From Macrostomum lignano (Eukaryota), in contig NIVC01000492.1 in assembly GCA_002269645.1 (NCBI GenBank), forward strand, positions 1-58,334: a stretch of DNA of 58,334 nt. Direction: 5' to 3'. Made by a program: the position numbers and the translations under genes. Of the stretch, positions 37,530 through 46,700 are shown one piece after another. The notes beneath the pieces are model-generated. The model searched no databases. It was not told the origin of the DNA and was given only the letters and a program-made list of their open reading frames with translations. How positions within the stretch are numbered: position 1 is the stretch's first letter; each line of letters opens with the position of its first letter.

Positions 37530-38254
37530 TATAGTATTTGTCATGCTATCTCAGCCTAGAGACATCCAAACTCAGCCAGCCCATCTCGACAGTGCGATTT
37601 TTTACGTAAGCCAGTCAAGTTTTACCATAGACATGCTTCTTAAGGCCATGCTATCTCAGCCTGGGACATGCAATCTCAGCCACTTTTCAGATGCTATGTC
37701 AAGCTGTCTGTGGCTTAGTCTGTGATCGAAGCAAATCTCGATCAAGCTGCAGCTAGCTGACCCTGCACTGGTGGAGGAGGAGGCTGGTGGCCGACCCGAT
37801 GGGGTCACCTGCGAAGCTTGGCGCCTCATTCTCTTGGAGCGAGTGGGCCGAGTCGCGCTAGATGCTGTGACGCCGCTAAAGGTGGCCAGATGGGAGATTC
37901 ACTGCAATCGGAACTTCACGCAGTGTATCGCAGAGCAGCCTTTCAGCTAGGCTGAGCACTGAGCGTCTTATTGACTTTGTCCGTTGTTGCGTACCCTTAC
38001 TGACTTTTCTTGCTGCGTTCATTCATTGCTGTTTGTTGCCATTTCATGTCACGTTACAGAAATGATAGCATTGAGATCTGTTTGCAATTGAAATCTATAT
38101 TGGCTGAGATTGCATGTCCCGGGCTGAGATGGCATGGCCTTAAGAAGCATGTCTATGGTAAAAGTCGACTAGCTCGAGCCAAAAAAACGCATTGCGGAAT
38201 GGGACTGGCTGAGTTTGGATGTCTCTGGGCTGAGATAGCATGACAAATACTATA
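37530..38254. mobile_element. MITE-like element with about 153-bp imperfect TIRs (37530-37682 / 38101-38254) and a probable TA TSD
   Basis: TATAGTATTTGTCATGCTATCTCAGCC... and ...GGCTGAGATAGCATGACAAATACTATA. The outer and inner parts of the arms are near-identical and the middle is diverged. CATGC(T/A)ATCTCAGCC recurs within each arm. Confidence 0.8.
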
Positions 38255-38556
38255 TTCCAGTGATCATATTTTTGGTAATTTTAACATTTTAACATTCTTT
38301 ACATTCTTTTTTTGCATTCACACTTTCCTCATTGTTTTTCATGTTCATTATAAGTCTTGTAACTATTTTCATTATTTTACAATGGTGTACATATTTTTTA
38401 AAAGTATACGTTTTACAAATTGTAAATATAAATTTTGAGTAGCAATCAAGGTGCTTTTTTCAATAGCGCTAAAGCGTTAATTTATTTCTAGAAAATGCTT
38501 GCATAAGTTCTTAATTTCTAAGAAAAGACATTACAATTTTAGACCGACTTTAAAAG

Positions 38557-38860
38557 CGTTGTGTTTAGAGCGTCGGACTCATGACTGAAAGGTCGGGGGG
38601 TTCGATTCTCGATCACCAAATCGGAACAATTTGTATCCTTGAGCAAGACACTTAACTCTGCATTGCTTCAGCTCACCCAGCTGTAAAATGGGTGCCAGCA
38701 TTAGCTGGGGTAATTGAGGGTGTGTGGCGACCCCCCCCCCAGTCCTAGGACTGAACAGCCGTACGCAGCCTTCAGATGCGGCTGAGCTGTCGGTTGCACA
38801 TCCGTCCATTAGGGCAGGTGTAATCAAATATATTAATATTATTATAATTATTATCGTCAT
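38557..38860 (+). mobile_element. tRNA-derived SINE with a CORE (MIR-like) central domain
   Basis: A-box-like GTGTTTAGAGCG and B-box-like GGTTCGATTCT. The core CCTTGAGCAAGACACTTAAC-N24-CTGTAAAATGGG (38637-38692) matches the spacing of the MIR core as I recall it (CCTTGGGCAAGTTACTTAAC-N24-CTGTAAAATGGG). It ends in a (TAT)n-like tail. Confidence 0.8.
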
Positions 38861-39399
38861 TACCATCGCTAAGTCCTTGATTTTGCTGTTTTTAGAGGCC
38901 TAAAATATCATAATTGACGATAAGAAAATGCTGAAATGCACAAAATTAGTGAAAGTGCAGCAATTCACGGCGATAAAGTCTAGCTTTTCAAAGCTTTTTC
39001 ATTTGTACAGGTGCGAGCTACAAATACTCGTAGATAAAGAAGTCAGGTACTTTGCCTCCAGGCAAGGGAAGGTTGTTCGCACTTATTGAATAGGTCCACT
39101 AGTGTAAAACAAACATAGTTAAGGAAAAACGGAGTCAATTTGAACTAACAGGTCTTTAGAGTGCATTTAAACAGTCTGTTTTCATATTTTAAAAATTCTA
39201 ATACAAGCTAATTATGCTTCGGCAGGAAATAATGTTAAAAAGCTAATGCGTAGGTATTTCTCGCACTCATATATTCCTTGGGGACTTTCTCAAGTTTCTT
39301 CATGAGGGTTAGAGGTTCATAAAGAGTTTTTCAGATTTCGTCAATGTTTTCACAGGTAATTTCTCAAATTGAGTCAACGTTTACAGGGGGAATTTCTGA

Positions 39400-39740
39400 G
39401 ACTGGGTCAATGCTACATAGGGAATTCTGAGATTGGGTAATCGGTTCATAGGGAATTCTGAGATTGGGTCATTGGTTTATAGGAAATTCTGAGATTGGGT
39501 AATCGGTTCATAGGTAATTCTGAGATTGGGTCATTGGTTCATAGGGAATTCTGAGATTGGGTCATTGGTTCATAGGGAATTCTGAGATTGGGTCATTGGT
39601 TCATAGGGAATTCCGAGATTAGGTCATTGGTTCATAGGTAATTCTGAGATTGGGTCATTGGTTCATAGGGAATTCTGAGATTGGGTCATTGGTTCATAGG
39701 TAATTCCGAGATTGGGTCATTGGTTCATAGGGAATTTTTC
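39400..39740. repeat. 31-bp minisatellite (GGGAATTCTGAGATTGGGTCATTGGTTCATA)
   Basis: Visible array. Confidence 0.92.
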
Positions 39741-40022
39741 AACAAGACAACAAGGATTTTCTATGGAATTTCAAACTTGGCCAATTGCTCATATATAAGG
39801 AATTACAGAACACCAAAAAGTTCTGAACTGAAAGCATTGAAATTCTGCAATGAAAATGATACATACACTGTAGAATTTTATTTACATATGATAACACTCG
39901 TATAAATATTACAATGAATGTGCTTAAAAAGGTAAGCACAGGTAATTTTTTGTCTGACAATGACGCTACAGCTAGATAATTCTGTACAAAAGTCTATGTC
40001 AACAGAAAAATTCTGTGTCAAT

Positions 40023-41421
40023 TTAAATTTTGTGAATGAAAAACTGCGTGCTCTTGTGAAACGGATTGATCGATCGGAACTGCTGAGTGACGCTGAAGCT
40101 GACCACGTCCCCTCGGTTGAATCTGCGAACACCGTCTATGGTGCAGCTGGTGAAGCTGTTGCCTTTTTTGGCTCCACCGTTGTGATTGGCGCAGGACAGC
40201 CAAGCGTGGGCTCGACGGTCTCGGCTGAGCTCCGAGGCTGAGCAGACTGGGTCTTTTACGCAATCGGCGGGGTCGACGCGGACGATGGCGCTTACGTAAT
40301 AGTCCAGTGTGTCTACGAACGATATCTGTGGGTTTGATAGCCAATGAGAAGCGTTGCAAATAATCGTTTTTTTCAAAACCTACCAGAGAGCTACACGTCA
40401 TTAACCTCCAGATACCCTCTAAACCAATCAGAGAGCTACACGTCATTAACCTCCAGATACCCTCTAAACCAATCAGAAAGCTACACGTCATAACCTTGCT
40501 ACACTCTTAACCAATCAGAGAGCTACACGTCATAGCCACCCAATATTCTCTGGACCAATTAGAAAGCAGCAGTGACTATTCAAGCCCAAAAATCGCCCTC
40601 ACCGTCGAGTGAACTCTGTACACTCCATCCACGGGAATGATGACCCCGGTGTCATTGTACGCCAGGTGAAAGCGATTGTGCTTGCAGTTGTCTCGGCCGC
40701 CGTTCTCCAAGTAGGCGTCATCGCGACACGCCAGCGGGCCCAGCTTGTCGCCGAGCTTTGAAACGGCGTCTGCCGCGGAATTTCCAGTCAAATATTGTCG
40801 CTTTCTTGAGCAGGGCAGTCGCATCTTTGTGCTCAGAGGCTCCTGACATGCTGGCACTTTATTGAATTCGATTGCCAAGTTGATGTACAGAGGCAAAGTT
40901 TTCTGCAATTATGAGAAGTCCGGTCAGGAAATCGCTCGCTTGTAACAGAACTGAAGCAATCGGTACTTGACTTCAACTGAGGATCTGGGAGGCTGGTGGT
41001 CTTAGCAACTGAGGATCTGGGAGGCTGGTGGTCTAGCAACTGAGGATCTGGGAGGCTGGTGGTCTAGCAACTGAGGATCTGGGAGGCTGGTGGCCTAGCA
41101 ACTGAGGATCTGGGAGGCTGGAGGACCAGCTGCTCAATGGCAGCAAAAGAATCCTACCAGGTCCCTGCGCCCGCACAGTCCCACGGAGCTCGGCCACAGG
41201 CCACCGTCCTGTCCGTGCCGAACGCAGACTTTCCCGAGCAGCACCAGGCAAAGCAGAGCCAGGGCGATCAACAGCGAGACCGCAGCCACACCGGCGAACC
41301 CCGCACAAGCCCTGCTTTGGCAGCAGCGAGATCCGCGCCCAGCAGATGAGTCATCAGCCTCACCCAACTGGATGAAGCTGACATCTGAACTGGTGCTTGT
41401 GCGGGGCTTCTTCTCTGGCAT
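40023..41421 (-). CDS. TNF-superfamily ligand-like type II membrane protein (paralog B), 3 exons: 41421-41158, 40902-40603, 40325-40023 (288 aa)
   Basis: TM segment (FAGVAAVSLLIALALLCLVLLG), then VIIPVDGVYRVHSTISF and LSCANH...FTSCTIDGVRRFNRGDVVSFSV...SINPFHKSTQFFIHKI. It aligns motif by motif with paralog A (LGPLxC, CKH, HST, FTxCT, RGD, RSINP). All introns are phase 0 and GT-AG. Confidence 0.82.
40380..40570. repeat. About 45-bp tandem repeat, about 4 copies, in the last intron of TNF-B
   Basis: Copies contain CCAAT-N9-ACACGTCA. Confidence 0.9.
40975..41125. repeat. 31-bp tandem repeat (ACTGAGGATCTGGGAGGCTGGTGGTCTAGCA) in TNF-B intron 1
   Basis: Visible, about 4.5 copies. Confidence 0.9.
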
Positions 41422-42084
41422 TTTTATGAAATTTTGAGAAAACAGTAACTCCAATTGCACCCGTTTGAGAAGTTGACAAACCCTGGAGGGCGAGGTTTAA
41501 ATAAAAGCTAGCCTCCAACAAGGCACCATGAAGAATTGCACACGCTGGCTCTCTGCCACAAGAGTACACAGAAGAAAAACTAGAAAAAAACAGCGTCTGC
41601 TTGCAGGGTCAGAGTTCCACTTTGCACGTACAATTGCGCGTAATTGCACTTGTGCAATGTACAGCTACTACAGCTCTTTCTCTGATTTTAGTAGAATGCA
41701 AGAGATTTAGTATATTTGGATGTAGGATGTTAAGCCCGATAGAAAACCGAAAACAACCTATAAATAGTAAAATGCAATTGTGACGACACAAGGCGTCACA
41801 AGGCGAACTTCAATGATTTTGTATTCAGGAGGTTACTGTTCTTTATTATCTATAGAAACACACTTACGATGTCCTGTCCGTCACTTAAGATGCAGGAAGT
41901 AGCGATTTTTTATACTTTGAAATTGTACACTACAGCCTTGTTTGGTTTTCTTTCAAATTTCTTTGCGTTTATCAACTTCAGTTTCAACTCCGAGATTCTC
42001 TTATGATGAAAGTCTCTTATGATGAAACCCGTGAGATAAGCCTTGCATCCTTTTGAAAATCTCACCACATGCTCTGTACTTTAG

Positions 42085-42905
42085 ATTTAATGGAAATCTC
42101 ACCCTTGAGATTCACAAATGATGAAAAATCTCTCCCCTGCGATACACAAATGATGAAGAATCTCACCCCTGAGATTCACGTATCTGATGGAAATCTCACT
42201 ATATTGAGATTCACGTATCTGATTAAAATCTCACCATATTGAGATTCACGTATCTGATTAAAATCTCACCATATTAAGATTCACGATCTGATGAAAATCT
42301 CACCAATGAGATTCACGTATCTGATTAAAATCTCACCAATGAGATTCACGTATCTGATTAAAATCTCACCAATGAGATTCACGTATCTGATTAAAATCTC
42401 ACCAATGAGATTCACGTATCTGATGAAAATCTCACCAATGAGATTCACGATCTGATGAAAATCTCACCAATGAGATTCACGTATCTGATTAAAATCTCAC
42501 CAATGAGATTCACGATCTGATTAAAATCTCACCATATTGAGATTCACGTATCTGATTAAAATCTCACCAATGAGATTCACGTATCTGATGAAAATCTCAC
42601 CAATGAGATTCACGATCTGATGAAAATCTCACCAATGAGATTCACGTATCTGATTAAAATCTCACCAATGAGATTCACGATCTGATTAAAATCTCACCAT
42701 ATTGAGATTCACGTATCTGATTAAAATCTCACCAATGAGATTCACGTATCTGATGAAAATCTCACCAATGAGATTCACGTATCTGATGAAAATCTCACCA
42801 ATGAGATTCACGTATCTGATGAAAATCTCACCAATGAGATTCACGTATCTGATGAAAATCTCACTATTACGATTCCTGTATTTGCTAAAATCTCAACCCT
42901 GAGAT
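42085..42905. repeat. 33-bp minisatellite (GAGATTCACGTATCTGATGAAAATCTCACCAAT)
   Basis: Visible array. Confidence 0.93.
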
Positions 42906-43743
42906 TCTTTAAAAACCCAGTTGAAAATCTGCATAGTCAGACAATGTACTCACGACAAAATGATAAAGTCATAAGAAGCAGAGAATGGATTTCTAGGAAA
43001 GTTCGGTGCAAAAAAAACAAGGATTGAACATGCGCAGCGAGATCCGATTTCCAAGATATCTCAAAAATGAGATCGTTTATTGCACAGAAAATGTCTCTGG
43101 TATTTAAAAGGACAAATTTGAAAACAGGAAAATATACTAGCTGGTCCAACGATGCGCACTGAAGGTAAAGCATTGAAGGGGCTTCAGTTTTGGATGGAAC
43201 TGCCATATTATCATATAAAACTATTGATATACACGTATAAAGCTGACTAATCTATATGAATCTGTATCAAATGATTTTCGCGATTGAGTTGTCAAGGAGA
43301 GCAGGCAGGCTAAACTAAAGCAACTAGATATCTACTTAAGCAATAATAATGCATTGGCTTGCAATACTAAATACTAATTTGAATTGCTCAATATGCAACA
43401 AGCTCATAAAGCAAGAATTACAATGCCAAAGGTCACTGGGTTTTGATGAGGGGCCTTTTTTAAAATTGAGAAAATGTACACGAAAACTGATTCACCAACG
43501 AAATGCCTACTGCTGCAATGAGCGGGAGGGGAGATGAGGAGAGAGAGGGAGAGGGAGAGAGAGGATACTGGACAAGGGGAGAGGAGAGGACAGGGGTAAG
43601 GGAGGGAAGAGAGGGCAGAGAGAGCCAATAGCAGGAAAGCACACCAAACAGCCGCAAACAAAACAATGAAAAAAGCAGTTCCCAAAAAAGCCGGACAGCC
43701 AATAGCCAGTCACAGGCTACTCGTACTAAAAAGGATCCCCCCA

Positions 43744-46700
43744 TCAGATAGCCGGCCTGGGGCTCTGCTCACGTGGCGAGAATGCAGCTTCATCAGCTGG
43801 CATCATCATGGGATCATAGCAGGGGCACTTGTGACCGGCAGCTCCGCCGGCACCGCAGGGCGCGCACTTCTTCAGTAGCTCCTTCGACACGGAGGCAACC
43901 GCGCAGCCGAAGGTGGACATGATCGCCGCGTGGAACAGTTGCGCCTCCTCCCAGCGGTTGTCGGTCAGGCGGCACTCGCCAGCCATCCAGGACTTGTCGT
44001 CTTCGCCGCCGATGACTCGAAGGCAGCCGGACAGCTTGGCCACCCCGGCGCCGCACAGCAGGTTGGGCAGCGAAGGCCCGGCCTCCCATGCGCCAGAGTC
44101 CGGATCGAATATCTCGACGCTGTCTGTGCAGAACTCCGGCAGGATCTCCTTGCGCCAGCGCTCCGACGGGGCCGTGTTGCCGCCGATGACGTACAGTCGG
44201 TCGCGGTGTACAGCGCACCCGGCCAGAGCTCGAGGCGTCTGCATTGAGGCGAGCTCGGACCAGCTGTCCGACTGGGGGTCGTAGCTGGGGACAGATTTTC
44301 AGAGTTGAGCAGTTTAATGCGTGTGGTAGGATATTCTGAAGGACAAGCCTGAAGGAAAAATCAGAACCTGAAGGAATGAACCTGAAGGGATGAACCTGAA
44401 GTACAAACCTGGAGGGATGAACCCGAAGGATTAACCTAAAGGAATGAACCTGAAGGGGTAAACCTGAAGGAATGAATCTGAAGGGATGAACCTGAAGGGA
44501 TGAACCTGAAGGGATGAACCTGAAGGAATGAATCTGAAGGGATGAACCTGAAGGGATGAACCTGAAGGATTAACCTGAAAGGGTAAACCTGAAGGAATGA
44601 ATCTGAAGGGATGAACCTGAAGGGATGAACCTGAAGGGATGAACCTGAAGGATGAACCTGAAAGGGTAAACCTGAAGGAATGAATCTGAAGGGATGAACC
44701 TGAAGGAATGAATCTGGAGGGATGAACCTGAAGGATTAACCTGAAGGGATGAACCTGAAGGGATGAACCTGAAGGATTAACCTGAAGGGATGAACCTGAA
44801 GGGATGAACCTGAAGGATTAACCTGAAGGAATGAACCTGAAGGGATAAACCTGAAGGGACGAACCAAGGACGACTTAAGTAGAAGGACGGGAAACCTCGT
44901 TTCTTAGAAAAGTTTTGAAGGCACTTTTTCCCGAAAAAATACACTACGGAGATAGGAAGTTTTCATTTTTTCAGCACAAAAATTGTTATTGCGTTTGATA
45001 GGAGGCAGATCCAGTGTTAATCTTTTGGTATGTTGTGCCTTTTTTATTGCTCTATCGATATTTATAAAGCTTTTCGTTCAGAAAATTAGGATTCTATGTT
45101 AATTTTTTATTCTACGTATATTTTCGCGTGTCTTGTGCTTGAAATACATTAGAATGCCACGGCTCGGCTCTTTAGCTTCATGAGTCTTTTTTATCATTCT
45201 TACCCGACTGTGTAGCAAATATTTGTAACAGAGATGATAAAATAGGTTCATAAAACCAAATATTGGAGCTGTGTCATGCATTTTTGTGATTTTTAGATAC
45301 AGGAAATATACGTGGAATAAAAAATTAACATAGAATCCTAATTTTCTGAACGAAAAGCTTTATAAATATCGATAGAGCAATAAAAAAGGCACAACATATC
45401 AAAAGATTAACACTGGATCTGCCTCCTATCAAACGCAATAACAATTTTTGTGCTGAAAAAATGAAAACTTCCTATCTCCGTAGTGTATTTTTTCGGGAAA
45501 AAGTGCCTTCAAAACTTTTCTAAGAAACGAGGTTTCCCGTCCTTCTACTTAAGTCGTCCTTGGGACGAACATGAATGATGAACCCGAGGCCGCTCACCGA
45601 TAGCAGACATTAACAATCTCTCCGCGAGCATTCTCCCCGCCGAAGGTGTACAGCCGGCCTCTGTAGGCGTGCCCGGTGGCGCACCGGAGCGGCTGAGGCA
45701 GCGGCGCCACGGAGCGCCAGACCAGACTCTGCAGGCAGAACTTCTCAACCTGATCCGTGACCTCCTGACCCGTGAAGCCGCCAACCGCGTACACGGCCTG
45801 ATCGACCAGAACGAATAGAAACTGAGTTCGAGGCAGAGCCATCCGAGCCAAGGACTGCCAGGTCCAAGAGTTCGAGACGTCTGTCTGCGCGGAGTGCAGC
45901 TGGTTGGAGACGCCGTCGCAGGTGACGCTGCCGCGGACTGAAATTTTCTTCTGGGTGCCGCCGGCCAGAAGCAGCTGGTTGGAGCCCGTGACCACTACGC
46001 CTGCGTTGGGTGAGGGTTAGATTAGAGATTGAGATGCGTGAGAGTTTATAATGAGATTAGAGATTAAGATATGTGAGAGTTTAGAGTAAGATATATGAGA
46101 GTTTATGATGAAATTAGAGATTCAGAGAGGTGAGCAAGGTTGAGATTGGAGATTCAGAGAGGTGAGCAAGGGTGAGATAGGAGATTCAGAGAGGTGAGCA
46201 AGGGTGAGATTGGAGATTCAGAGAGGTGTGCAAGGGTGAGATTGGAGATTCAGAGAGGTGAGCAAGGGTTAGATTAGAGATTCAGATAGGTGAGCAAGGG
46301 TGAGATTGGAGATTGGAGCAAGGTGAGTTAAGAGATTCAGAGAGGTGAGCAAGGGTGAGTTAAGAGATTCAGAGAGGTGATGAGTAAGGGTTAGATTAGA
46401 GATTCAGAGAGGTGAGCAAGGGTGAGATTGGAGATTCAGAGAGGTGAGCAAGGGTGAGATTGGAGATTCAGAGAGGTGAGCAAAGGTGAGTTAAGAAATT
46501 CAGAGAGGAGATGAGTAAGGGTTAGATTAGAGATTCAGAGAGGTGAGCAAGGGTGAGATTGGAGATTCAGAGAGGTGAGCAAGGGTGAGATTGGAGATTC
46601 AGAGAGGTGAGAAAGGGTGAGATTGGAGATTCAGAGAGGTGAGCAAAGGTGAGTTAAGAAATTCAGAGAGGTGATGAGTAAGGGTGAGATTAGAGATTCA

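Noticed and set aside
38560-38612. Possible tRNA-Met (CAT) gene
   Set aside because: There is no acceptor stem and the anticodon stem is imperfect. The segment runs into a CORE domain, so it is a SINE head.
37323-40127. RGD tripeptide conserved in both TNF paralogs as an integrin-binding motif
   Set aside because: It falls at the xGD position commonly seen before strand G of TNF domains, so a structural explanation is sufficient.
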